A stretch of DNA of 64,000 bases from the NCBI GenBank assembly GCA_051047955.1, contig JBPGPT010000023.1:124001-188000 (forward strand), written 5' to 3'. Below are positions 52,564 through 64,000 of this stretch, piece after piece; the first letter of the stretch is position 1; every line of letters starts with the position of its first letter. The notes below the pieces were generated by a model. That model saw only the letters and a list, made by a program, of their open reading frames with translations. It ran no database searches and had not been told where the DNA came from. The stretch comes from Cystobasidiomycetes sp. EMM_F5. Lineage: Eukaryota. A program made the translations under genes and the position numbers.

Positions 52564-53800
52564 ATGCCTATCGTGCGTAAGGCTGTGACGGGCGTCGTGA
52601 CCGTGCTGACTTGCTGGCTGCGTTGCAGGACTATGCTGCCCAGCTCATCCGAGGCAGCGTCGACCACGCTGGAGTCCTCCACATCACTCTGAACCGGCCC
52701 CCGGTCAACGCTGCAAACGGGGCATTCTTCTTTGAGATTGGACATCTCGCAGCCCTCGCAAAGGTCCGACGGTGTTGCTGCGCCTGCCGGTCTGGCTGAT
52801 GAGGTGTGTAATTACAGACTGACCCCAACGTGCGATGTATCGTTGTATCGAGCTTCTCGGGCGACTACTTCACCGCCGGCCTCGACTTGAAGGACACGGG
52901 GTTGGACGTCCAAGGCGATGATCCAGCGAGAAGAGCGCTGCGGTTGCAAGAGCACATTGCCGGTAGGCCCGGTGTCCATCATCACGAATAGTCGCACTGA
53001 TACTGTATGGCACAGGCTGGCAAATGGCGATATCACAACTGGAACTCTGCAACAAGCCCGTTATTGCAGCCGTATCGGGGATCGCATATGGCTTGGGCGT
53101 CGACTTGTGCTGCGCATGCGATATTCGTTACGCGACTACAAATGTCAAATTCTGCATAAAGGTGGAGACGACCCAATCTCTTCTGCAGCACCTACTGACA
53201 TGGCTAATTTACCGTACATTTCCGTGCACCCAGGAAGTCGATATCGGCCTCGCTGCGGATATCGGCACACTGTCTCGACTGCCGAAAATCATCGGAAACG
53301 ATAGTGCAGCACGCGAGCTAGCCTACACAGCTCGACCTTTCTCAGCAGAGGAGGCACTCAAATTGGGATTCATCAGCAGGATATTTGCATCCCACAAGGA
53401 AGTAGTCGGTAAATTGAAAAATCGAAAATACAACGAGGACTTCTTGCTGATTTTTGCGCCTCGCATACCAGATGCGGCACTCGCTACTGCTCGGATTATA
53501 GCTGGTCAGTGTCCTATTCTTTTTGATGAGTGCACACACCAACAAGTCTCCGCAGCCAAATCGCCCATTGCAGTTCTGGGCACGAAGCATCTACTCAACT
53601 ATAGCAGGGATCACACAACAGCTGAAGGCCTGCACTACACCGCAATCTGGAATTCTGCAATGTTACAGTCAAAGGTTGGTCCGTCGGTGTGATCTGCCGC
53701 GAAGTGTCGGTCTGAGTGTCTGCACAAACGCATGAAGGACGTCATTGAAGCTCTTGAGGCGGCAAAAAGGAAGGCAAAGCCGCAGTTCTCTAAACTTTAG
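52564..53800 (+). CDS. Peroxisomal delta3,5-delta2,4-dienoyl-CoA isomerase (ECH1-like)
   Basis: LNRPPVNA, FTAGLDLK, CACDIRYA, EVDIGLAADIGTLSRLPK, KSPIAVLGTKHLLNYSRDH; C-terminal PTS1 SKL*. Confidence 0.93.
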
Positions 53801-53855
53801 CACGGTACAACGCTCAGTTATCGAAGGATACGAGGTGATCGAGGTCGCAGCAGAC

Positions 53856-54879
53856 CTATTCAGCTGCAGCGACGGCTGCCTGCGCTGCATTTTCGAAATA
53901 GCCGTCATCTAAAGCTGCAATCTTGGACGCTGGAAGCGAGAATGACGACCTTGGAGTCAACTGTAGGGATTACCTGTCAGCATTGATGAAATACAATGGA
54001 GACAGCTTGCTCGTACCATTGCAAAAATGGATTTTGGAGTAAGTCCGCTTTTTGGCGATTTTGGAGATTTTGGACCTGATGCAAAACTCAGCAAACCAGG
54101 AGGAATGATTAGGCTATGCGGACGATCCTTGACATTCTTGACGAGAGTGTATAGACCTCGCGAACCGACTTCGTCTGATCGTCCGACCTGATACTCGCTC
54201 ATGATGTCCTCGACGTTGCGAGCTTTGAGAGTGTCTTGCATGCTTGTGGTCATTTCAGCACTGACGAAGCGGACATTGAAATGTTACATCAGTATTCGAA
54301 CAGCCTCCTACATGAAGCACTCACGCTCTGATGTACGAATCCCTGCCACTGTCAGCTATCCTGACGCGCATCTCCGAGAACACTCCGGCTGAACTATTTC
54401 GGACTGGCGATTCGTGCAGAACGTGTATCACGTCTCGTATCGGAAAAGTGAGACATAACTCTGGATGGTACAGCAATAGCTCATGAGGCGGTGTGTCCGC
54501 TGTAAGACATGGCAGATACGTAGGCATGGACGACAGTGGTGGGGTAGGTGGGGCTAAGGTTGTCACAGAGGAGGACCAAGACGATCTCCGGCGACCGATG
54601 GACGAAACATCCAGCGTTTGAATCAGACTGTCCATGACTGGCTGTTCGGACTGTGGGAGACGCGCTGAAGTGGGACCGTCTAAATATGATTGCGGGAGTC
54701 TGGCGCCGGATTCGAGGTCTACTGAGATTGCCAAGATCGATGTAAGTGAGCTGAAGAGCACGAGCCAGCGGATCTGGTGAGATTCTCAATTTTCGAGGAG
54801 CGGTGCGGAGGCTGTCCTGAAACACCGCAGGCTAGAAAGGCCACACAGATACCAAGTGGCGCTCGTTAGCAATGACCAT
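53856..54879 (-). CDS. Hypothetical Ser/Pro-rich protein with PKS-PKS-PKS repeat
   Basis: ORFs 54321-54761 and 53957-54253 plus flanking exons can be joined by GT-AG introns; start uncertain. Confidence 0.5.
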
Positions 54880-55190
54880 GCTTCTGCGAGCATCGTTCTT
54901 CCATCATCGCTTCACATAACAAGCTGTCTGCAACGTCAGCTGATTTTTCTTGCAGCAGACCAAGTGTGATGTCCAGTGGCGGGGAACGGCCAGGGATACT
55001 TCCGACAGATGAAAGGTCTCTCCTCGAGGCGGAACAATGTACAGCCTAGTGCAGCACGCCACGCCTGATGGCTTGTCGCCGCCGCGGTATGCCCTGCTTC
55101 GTACTCTGCGCTCATTATCGCTTTACACTTCCGCAAACAACATTGCTGCTTCCCGCTTTATCTTACCCGTCTACGCGTCCACATACACCG

Positions 55191-58100
55191 ATGACAACGC
55201 GTTGGACTGGGCCTCCTCGCTTCTGGGAGCGGGCGTCGCACAGAAACAGCTTCGTTCCGTCACTAGCAATCGGCAAGGGTGCTTCGCGGAGCTTGGGCAG
55301 ACGGAGATTTTACCGACTCAGATTTTGGAACGGATACGGCGAGTCGAAAGTCTACTTCCATGCCTTTGCACATCGCGATGGCGAATCCCGACGTTCGTCG
55401 TACACTCTACGTTTCTTGAGCTTCACCGCAACAGAACACATCAGGGCCAAGCTACAAAGTTGGAGTGTGACTTCCGTGAAGTGGCGGTCTCGTCGCCCTG
55501 ACCCCGCTCGACAGCCCACTCAAAGTGCGCGCTGTGCATGGGAGCCCTCCGATAACAATGGTCGCCCAGGCTACATCGTGTACACCCTGGTGGCAGCGGA
55601 TTACGGAAAAATTGTCATGTGGCTCGATCCTCCAAGGACTGTTCAAACAAATGCATCTACCACTTCCACCGAGGTTGGACACGCCGCTGTGATAAGGATG
55701 CCTCAGACTGATCGTCGTAGCCGAGCTCTCAACCTGGTGGCGACATTACGAGGTGCAACTAGGGACGGTCTTGATATCCAAGGTGCTGAAAATCGGGGTG
55801 GAAATGTACATCCACTCATTGCTGGTCTTCTGCTTTGGCACCAAGAGGATGAGATCGATCGACGAATCGCACAGACCCGAGAGGTATCTACTGCATTGTC
55901 CGCATCGGTATCCTCATCGTCGTCTTCGTCTTCATCCCCATCCTCGTCCTCATCGTCATTATCAACTTCGTCTGTGCGCCCAGCTTCTACGCAGCCTTCG
56001 TGGCCTTCCTCCGTATATGTGGGCGCGCAGACAGAGCGAACAGCAAGTCATAGGGCCTCATCACCAGCCAGATCTGAACAGTCTGCCGCTATGGGCGATG
56101 TTGGAGGTGCGAATCTTGCTTCCACTGACTTCAGAAGCCCGCGTCGTCGACCCGTGAGTTCCTCGACTTGACTTTCGAGTGTGCAATCGTTGCTAAAGTT
56201 CGTAGTACGTACAGCAACGTCAGGCAACCGGTAGCCAGGCGCAGGCTGCCGCACATTTATGCGAAGCTCCTCGGGATCCAAGCCCTGGTGTTACGGCCTA
56301 CTCGCAGCCTATGCCTCCATCAGACCGTTCGACTGCATTTGACCCTACAAGGTCTTCCCGCGTCATCTTGGGGCTGCGCCATGATGTACATAACTCTGAC
56401 CCTATTCAGTCTAGGAGGGCCTCCGCAGAGCGCGACAACCGGAGGCCAAGCGGTAGATCGGATTCTAATGCATCCCGGCCTGCTGATCCCGCCATTGGCT
56501 CAGCCGCCGAATTATCAAGACCAAATCGACCTATCTCGCCTTCGCCTTCGCCTCGGCAACGAGCAAGCGAGACTCCCTTGTCGCCACGCGTTACGACATC
56601 ATACAGAGCCAATTCGCCACCCCTTCCACCGTCCCAGGGACCGCAACGCGTTGTAGACGCCACCGCATCAATCCTTGGTTTGTCGCTGCCATCTTCTACG
56701 CCTGCTCGATCACAAGTGGCGACACCAGACATACTTCGTATCGCAACAGATACAGTGCTACCATCGTCCACGCTTGCAGAGTCTCGTAGCAACACTCCAG
56801 ACGGTAGGCAACAAAGGGCATCTAGTCGAGTCTCACAGCAAAGACGTGTCGCTACTCCAGATCAGGCTCAACAAGTGCAGCCAACCTTACATCAGCTGCG
56901 GGGGTCGCCAACTATAAGCACTACAAACAATATCGAAGATGTCGTCAGCCAGCGCGGCAGCCCTCACTCAGAACGAGGAAGGACTTCGCCTGATCGTACG
57001 AGAGACGCGCCAGTTGGGAGCACGGGGATCAGCCGGCGAGGCTCTGGTCACGGGAGCGATCTCTCCGCTACTTCAGCTTTAGGGCGGATCGCCGCCCGGC
57101 CCCCGCCTTCAAGACGTGCTGGTAGTAATGGCGCACACTCCCGGAGAAGCTCTATTGCAAGTGCCGAAGAATCTATAGTTGGTAATGTAGTGCCGGTTCT
57201 ACCTCTCGAGACAGGAGTGCCGCTTCCACACGTGCCGCGTTCCCAACCCGTTAGCTCCGCTAATCATACAATCACACCGACAATCGTACAGACCGGCTTA
57301 CAACAAGGCTGGAGTTTCAATAATGTTCCCGTCTCTACTGTATCTCAAGCATCGTCTCAACGATGTTCAGTTCAAGGCGTATCAAGCCCAGCAATCGCTA
57401 TTGACACCAGCCGCCATAGTAGCGTAGCAGCAGCCAATGACTCTGCCCCTGTTGGATCGGCTGCTAATATCAGCCGACATAACGAAATACTGGCGGGCAG
57501 TACTTCTGCACCGTCCGTGGCAGCCCCCGTAGCAGCAGCAGGGGAATCGGAGGTTGCAGGTTACGTCGAACTCCCGGAGTTCGAGAATCGTCGACGGTCA
57601 AGTAGCGCTTCCCGTCATTCGCGAACGTTATCACAACGCCCGACATCCCATCCTAGTCCAACGCGACCCCACAGCAGACGCCGATTTGCTGATGTAGCGG
57701 GAATAGTTGAGTCTCCATCGCGAATGCAAGCGATGATTGACCGCGGGACCAACACTTCCCCAAGATCGAGAAGTACGAGCAATACTACCCAGAACATCGC
57801 ACAAAGCAGCGTCCCAACGGACGCGGAGACTCCGTTCCGTGACACTGCTGGGTTTTGGAACCTTGCCGCTTCACAGCTGAGCTCTTCTTCGGCGGGCCTT
57901 GCGATGCCATCGACAAATGAGAATCCGAACGCAGCAATACCACCCATGTCCCGAAAATCATCCCTTAGGTCGTCAGCGGTGAATGAGCAGCAGACCTACA
58001 TACCAATCGCCGCCAATAACGACCCTTACCAGGGAAACATGCGAGCGCCTGGGGCAATCCCGCCGGGTTCCAGGTATATCATCTCGAACAGGGTGCCAGT

Positions 58101-58224
58101 CAATGTAGATACAGCAGCGGCTGATCCAGGCGCAGCATCTCGTCGACCGTCTACGTCAGGCACGTTCGTTTCTGCACAGTCTCAACCTGAGGACGAACAC
58201 AGGCCGTTTTTGCGACTTATCTAG
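55191..58224 (+). CDS. Orphan protein A (about 990 aa): unrecognised basic N-terminal domain plus long disordered S/R/P-rich tail
   Basis: A single phase-0 intron 56154-56214 (GTGAGT..CAG) fuses ORFs 55068-56171 and 56311-58224 in frame. Confidence 0.75.
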
Positions 58225-58761
58225 ACGCCCTTAGCGTTTTATATCAGAAAATGCGTGTCGTGAGCATGCGCATAGTTCACCAGAGTGTTTTCCGTTTTGC
58301 TTGCATGCAATTAGCTCTATTTCAAGAGGCGGATTCGAGCGGGCTGCGGCAAAAGCGATGACAGCAATCGCAGTAATTTCTAGCAATTACACTATTCTTA
58401 ACCAAGGTTGCTTCTCTTTGGCGGTATTAGTCTGGACTACTTCATTCGCGCGCAGTTAATACTAAATCAGTAAAATTAGTCCCGAACACGCTGAGCTAGA
58501 TTTGACAACCAACAGCCTGCGATCTGGATAATCTTTACAGACGGACATGCGCGTTCACACCCTTCTCTGCTGCTCTCGATGTCACTTGACTCTCCCTCTC
58601 CGGAACCCTCCCCTCAGCACCGCAACATGCAAGGGAATGCACAGCGCTCTTCACCGCTAATTTGCAGAGCTGTGCCGTATGCATCTGATGCGTATGGCAT
58701 CCCTGAAATGGCCCAGTGCAGCTCTTTGCGCTACCCAATTCCGGGACAGGGATCTACGGAC

Positions 58762-59808
58762 ATGTCGCGGTACACACCAGTCTCTCATCGTGACCTTTTC
58801 TGGTACAACGTCAGTCGTCGTAACGATGCACAAGTAGACTGGCAGGAGTTCTACATGTGGGACGGTCACCAGTTCGCGAGAAGATTGTTCCGTTATAAGC
58901 GACACGATAGCCGAAAATCCCTCAGAAGGAGCGGCCGGGTAACGTTGCAGAGCTGCTACCGGAAACGCAACGAGCTCATCGAGGAACGACAAACGTGGAT
59001 ATGTGAGGCAGTGCGCTTCAAGCGGCACCAGCCACGTCCAGACAGAGAGCGGCTTGGCAACCAACGCTTTTTCTACCATCCCGTAAACACCCGATCTAGA
59101 CAAGGCTACATCCTCTACTACATCCGTGCGACGGGCAAGTCGAAACTTGGATACTATTTCGACGATACGCAGCACTTCAGCTCGAATGACTCGACAACCT
59201 CCAGTGTCCTTGCCGGCGAAGTCAACAGAGTCGGATTGGCACGGCCACGCACAGACTTCCGTAGTACAATTCGGTCTTTGATCGACACGTTCAAGCGTAC
59301 CGCTCAGGATCATATGGATATGCGCGGTCCTATCTCATCACAGGAAGCTATGGTGGATGTTGTCCTGAAGACCGCTGCTCGTTGGGAAGAGCATGAAGTT
59401 CTCAGGGACAGAGTAGCTGGTCAATTCGGACCGCGAGCATCTGATGGACGGTCGTCAAGCGCAACGTCTAGCAGTAGTTCTTCGTCTTCGTCTTCAGATG
59501 GTCAAGATCGCCCGCGCACTAATACCCGGAGAACCTCGAATGACGGCGAGAATGATAACAGAAGAACTGAGCATTACACTTCCGGTAGCCGTCGAGATCG
59601 CCACAATGACGGACGGCGCACTGAAACGAGGACACGCACAGGAATTGTTGATTGGCCGCCCCGGGAGCGTACAGTCGGAGATCAAAACGCACGGACGCGT
59701 AACACTGCATACGAGGATACTCCAAGATATAGGAGCAGCCAACGTCATCCCAGGCACTCTGGCTCTTCTAGCTCTAGCTCTACCTCGGATGGTATTGCGG
59801 CAGTATGA
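58762..59808 (+). CDS. Orphan protein B, paralog of the N-terminal domain of protein A; alternative in-frame ATGs upstream from 58579
   Basis: Uninterrupted ORF with colinear motif matches to 55191-55900. Confidence 0.75.
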   Translation: MSRYTPVSHRDLFWYNVSRRNDAQVDWQEFYMWDGHQFARRLFRYKRHDSRKSLRRSGRVTLQSCYRKRNELIEERQTWICEAVRFKRHQPRPDRERLGNQRFFYHPVNTRSRQGYILYYIRATGKSKLGYYFDDTQHFSSNDSTTSSVLAGEVNRVGLARPRTDFRSTIRSLIDTFKRTAQDHMDMRGPISSQEAMVDVVLKTAARWEEHEVLRDRVAGQFGPRASDGRSSSATSSSSSSSSSSDGQDRPRTNTRRTSNDGENDNRRTEHYTSGSRRDRHNDGRRTETRTRTGIVDWPPRERTVGDQNARTRNTAYEDTPRYRSSQRHPRHSGSSSSSSTSDGIAAV

Positions 59809-60027
59809 CAACCGCGAAACGATGTTCTCAAGACCGCAGCAAAGACGATCGGTGAGAAGGAAGCTGTAAAGACTGTGTCGACGGCAGCGAGGGCCACGAC
59901 ACTCGAGCTGTGTCAATCTCAGAAACTTTTCTACTCCACATTCTCAAAATCGGAGTCATTACTGAGCGCTTCTCTCCTCAAAACCTCTTTCACTCACAGA
60001 ATGACCAAAGACATCATCTCGCTGATT

Positions 60028-60085
60028 ATTCCCATTCCCATTCCCATTCCCATTCCCATTCCCATTCCCATTCCCATTCCCATTC
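60028..60085. repeat. (CCCATT)9 hexanucleotide microsatellite
   Basis: Nine perfect CCCATT units at 60031-60084 with partial flanks. Confidence 0.97.
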
Positions 60086-61070
60086 ATGCCTTATCGTTAC
60101 TTGCTGCACTCATGTCCTTTCTTTCATCTGTTCCTGCTGCATTTACAACTCCTTCCATACTCCAATTCTTTCACCAAGACCCCTGGCTGCCTTCGGTTTG
60201 AAACGTGATCACGCAGGGGTCATCCGATGTTTTCACGTCTTCCCCTCATTCTCCCACTATCTGCTACATCTAAGACGAACTATTTTTCGACTTCCAAGTC
60301 ACACTCCCACCGCCATCTTTTCGTATCCAATCACACCTGTTTCCCCACCCATAGTACTACCTCATCCCTGATCGCGTGATGCAATTTCCTGCTACCTTCA
60401 ATGACCTCTTAGACATTCCGCGATGCGTTGTTGGACTGAATCGTTTCCAATGAAGTCTTGCAGAACTCGAATATCTGTTTGCATATTGCTTCGTAATCTT
60501 CTCGGAAGACATTGTGCTCGAAACCAGCCTCAAAAAAAGCGGCATACATCGACATTAAGCGAGGCATGACGCAGAGCCATCAGTTTTCGGGCGTCACGTT
60601 CTGTGTTGTCGTTTTTTCTCTAGGCATTATGATGTGCAACAGGGCAGTTATCTCGCACTCGCATTCTCACAGGGCGGCTTGCTGACCCGTCGTCGTACGG
60701 CAAAGTCCAGTATTAGCGACAGCAATACGGTCAATGTAGGAACGCGATACATATACGCCGAAACTGAAACCTCGCGCGTGAAAAGCGCTTGCATTACCCT
60801 TCAGACCGAAAAAACCACGACTAACGGAAACAATTGCAGCAGGCGAGAGTGAAACGTATTGACAACGGAAGGGAAGGGAGCGTGGAAGGCAAAGAGCAGC
60901 CATGTAATCCAGAGCGAAGGTAAGGGATCGACAGGAACACACGCGAACCCAATTGATCGTATCGCTCATGGGCGCACGAAGGCTACCGGCGAGAGAATAC
61001 GCAGCGCATATGGTGGAGAGCTGCCACAGCGAGACGAAGGCTGAACACACTATGTGACTTTTGCGCGCTC

Positions 61071-63320
61071 TTACTGCTGCTCAGCTTCAGCACCTTCACC
61101 AGACGGACGCTTGTACTCGTAGAGGACCGCCAAAGCCTCTTGCACCTTGGCCTCCAGGGCTGGGTCGTCCTCGAGCAGGACGAGCAGCTCTGCATTGTCC
61201 ATCTCGAGAAGCATACCAGTGATCTTTCCGGCTAGTTCGGGCTGAGTAGCGTGAATCTTGGGGTAGATAGTCTCACCGAGCATCTGTTTCTGCTCAGCGG
61301 GAGAAGCATTTGCCAGCGACGCGGCAGTAAGTCCGCTGCTGGGCGCAGCCTGTTGAGCTTGCTGTTGCTGCGCACCAGCTTGTCGATAGTTGCCAGCCTG
61401 ACCTCGTGCACCAGCACCAGCTGGAGGCGGACGAGCATTGATACCGCCTGGACCATTGGGCGCGCCCGGTAGCCGCTGGCCGGGAAGGCCATTTTGAACT
61501 GGTGGCATGACACCGTTCATTTGCTGACCGCGTCCATTGACAGCCGGCATGCCGCCCATCGGACCGCCACGACCCATAGGGCCGTTACGGCCACCTGGAC
61601 CGCCTTGCATATTTTGAGGATAACCAGGGTAGCCTCCCATAGGACCGTACGCTCCCATAGGTGGCATGCCCTGCATGGGACCGGGGTAGCGTTGCATTTG
61701 TGGCATCCTCATATTGCCAGCACCTGCCTGAGGATACATGATTGGACCACCGCGACCACCTTGAGGTGGGTAAGCACCTGGTTGTCCGTAATACATGGGA
61801 GCAGCACCTGGCATAGCTCCGTATGGTGCTTGCGGAATGCCAGCAGCTGCAAGTTGCTGGTTGCGAATCTGATTGCGCTGAGACAACTGTGCTTCAAGCT
61901 GTTGCTTGCGGACATCTTTGCGCTGAGCGAGAGATACGTAGAGTGGCTTGGAGCCGATCATCTTGCCGTTGAGCTCGTTGACAGCCTTGGTAGCCTCATC
62001 GGGTGAAGAGAAGCAGACGAAGCCGAAGCCACGAGACACACCCTTCTCGTCGCGCATAATCTTGCACGATGAGATGGTGCCGTAGACTTGAAACTCGGCA
62101 GTAACCTTCTCCTCGTCCATGTCATCGTCGAGGTTCTTGACATACAAGTTGACGCCCTGATACTTCAAGGTCTTCTCGAACTTTTGCGCGTCGTACGACT
62201 TGCGCAGTTCCTCCTCGCGCTCGCCCTTCTTTTGTGCGCGAGTTACGAACAAAGTCTCGTCTTTGAAAGTGGACTCGTGCAGGCTGTTGAGCGCGTTCTT
62301 GGCAGCGTCATGATCTTCAAAGTTGACAAAGCCAAACTTGAGTTCCTTGCCATCGATAGTGAAGGTTTGTGGCTGAATGACAGCAGAAGTGACTGTACCG
62401 TGCTTCTCGAAGAGAGTCTTGAGCTCTTCCTCGGTTGTGTCGAGCGAGAGGTTCTTGACGTAGAGGTTGGTAAATTTGGATTTGGCATCATCAATCTTTG
62501 CCTGGCGCTCCCGCTTGGGAACGTAATGACCGACATAGACGACCTTGTCTGCCAGCATCATGTTGTTTACCTCGGCAATGGCCTTGTCGGCAGCCTCGGT
62601 GGTCTCGTAGTGAACGAATCCATATCCGCGAGACTTGCCAGACTCGTCCAGAGCGACTTTGCACGAGACAACGGCGCCAAACTCGGCAAATGTATCATGA
62701 AGAGCCTTGTTATCGATTGACTCGTCGAGATTCTTGATGAAGACGTTTCCAGCACCGGTCCTGCGCTGGGATGGATCGCGCTGAGACCACATGATGCGGC
62801 ATGGCTTGTTCTTGATGAGGGAGTAATTGAGCGACTCGAGAGCGCGATCAGCTGTAAGTGAAGCAGTCAGTCGTGTTGGTCTGGACAAATCGCAACTTAT
62901 ACGAAGTCGCAATAGCGCGCCTTCGTGCACAAACTCACCATCTTGGCTGTTGAGGTAGTTGACATACGCGTAACCGAGCGAACGACGAGTGACGGCATCA
63001 CGGCAGACACGGATGGAGATGACTGTGCCTACCATGCTGAAGATCTCGTACAGCATTGCTTCTGTCACGGTAGGGTCGAGCTCGCCTACGTAGAGGGAAG
63101 TGGATCCGGCTGTTGGCGCGGTGGATGAAGGGGCGGCCGTAGAAGTGGCAGACGATGCGGCGGCGTTGGACGACGACTGCGCATCAGAGGCATTACCAGT
63201 TGTGGCAGCATTGCCGCTGTCGTTGGCTGCTGCACCATTGGTGGTCGTTGAAGAATTTGCTTGCTCATTCGAAGCTGGCGTGTCAGCGGCGGCTGCCTTT
63301 GGCGACGATGGTGCAGACAT
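61071..63320 (-). CDS. PAB1: Cytoplasmic poly(A)-binding protein
   Basis: Four RRMs (SLYVGELDP, RVCRDAVTRRSLGYAYVNY, GNVFIKNLD, GVNLYVKNLDD) and MLLE domain (KITGMLLEMDN); intron 62938-62852. Confidence 0.98.
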   Translation of the reverse strand: MSAPSSPKAAAADTPASNEQANSSTTTNGAAANDSGNAATTGNASDAQSSSNAAASSATSTAAPSSTAPTAGSTSLYVGELDPTVTEAMLYEIFSMVGTVISIRVCRDAVTRRSLGYAYVNYLNSQDGEFVHEGALLRLRISCDLSRPTRLTASLTADRALESLNYSLIKNKPCRIMWSQRDPSQRRTGAGNVFIKNLDESIDNKALHDTFAEFGAVVSCKVALDESGKSRGYGFVHYETTEAADKAIAEVNNMMLADKVVYVGHYVPKRERQAKIDDAKSKFTNLYVKNLSLDTTEEELKTLFEKHGTVTSAVIQPQTFTIDGKELKFGFVNFEDHDAAKNALNSLHESTFKDETLFVTRAQKKGEREEELRKSYDAQKFEKTLKYQGVNLYVKNLDDDMDEEKVTAEFQVYGTISSCKIMRDEKGVSRGFGFVCFSSPDEATKAVNELNGKMIGSKPLYVSLAQRKDVRKQQLEAQLSQRNQIRNQQLAAAGIPQAPYGAMPGAAPMYYGQPGAYPPQGGRGGPIMYPQAGAGNMRMPQMQRYPGPMQGMPPMGAYGPMGGYPGYPQNMQGGPGGRNGPMGRGGPMGGMPAVNGRGQQMNGVMPPVQNGLPGQRLPGAPNGPGGINARPPPAGAGARGQAGNYRQAGAQQQQAQQAAPSSGLTAASLANASPAEQKQMLGETIYPKIHATQPELAGKITGMLLEMDNAELLVLLEDDPALEAKVQEALAVLYEYKRPSGEGAEAEQQ

Positions 63321-63470
63321 CTGCTCGGATTGAACGTCAGCAGTGTGTATCTACGCGACCCTTGAGCGCAAAGACGCGTGTACACCATCCGCAACGCTCA
63401 GATGGCACCCATCTTCACGTCCCGTTGATTTCTGCACTCAGCGCCTGGACTGGGCCTTTTTTCGACTTAC
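63321..63470 (-). other. Probable 5'-UTR intron of PAB1 ending immediately before the ATG
   Basis: GTAAGT donor at 63470, CTGAC branch near 63340, CAG|ATG acceptor. Confidence 0.65.
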
Positions 63471-64000
63471 GTTTTGGATTTGAATCTGGAAAACGGGAAG
63501 GGAGTTGGGATTTATCGACGAGGCCTAGCTGAAACAGTCCTAATGAAAGGGTGTCGTCCGCTTTGGAAGGCGAGGCTTGCAGCAGTCTTGAGGGTACGTT
63601 TCAGTGGCCGACTGTGAAGGGCTTATGCAGGTTTTTATAAGGGCGTTTTCCGAAATTTCGAGCTGGGCGGGGCGGCGACGACTCGAGACGGCGTGCAGGT
63701 GTGAGGCTGCTCTGCGTATCTCCTCGCTGGGTTGTGCACTGCAGCTAATTGGGCTTTTGATATGTTTTGCTTGTTTTTTTGGGTTTTTGTGGATTTGGTG
63801 GGAGCAGAAAGCGAGAGCGTGAAATTTGCCCTTTGACCAGAAAATTGGGCAAAATCCCGAGAGCAGCGATATTGACGACGATAAAACGTTAGATGTATCC
63901 GGAAACACGGCTTACACTGATGTGCCGACTCTCGCCCGTCTGGCCTAATTTCTCGCAGTTCAAACAGGCTAATTCGATGCAAAGTTGAAAGAGACTGACT

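Noticed and set aside
60028..60085. Microsatellite as an interstitial telomere
   Set aside because: Unit CCCATT differs from canonical CCCTAA and the telomere repeat of this organism is unknown

Overview
Gene-dense, intron-rich fungal nuclear DNA with short spliceosomal introns of about 50-90 nt and CTRAY branch points. Gene content suggests a basidiomycete, possibly Pucciniomycotina; this is an inference. About 32 protein-coding genes are reconstructable across introns. Recognisable genes: PP2A scaffold, complex I NDUFB10-type subunit, family-16 methyltransferase, WDR83/MORG1, RPB5, ARL5-like GTPase, Rab8/Sec4, Rab7, two crotonase-family enzymes, Rds1, a DUF2415 WD40 protein, MTP18, Psr1-type phosphatase, KTI12, short-form tRNase Z and PAB1. 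Less ordinary elements: a tandem trio of 7-TM (DUF6533-type) receptor-like paralogs, a pair of intron-poor orphan paralogs sharing an unrecognised basic domain of about 230 aa, a degenerate NADAR-like gene, a LAMTOR1/Ego1-like gene, two HMG-box genes with unresolved reading-frame breaks, and an ATG apparently split by an intron. No rRNA, tRNA, CRISPR or transposon could be supported. All exon structures are manual predictions.
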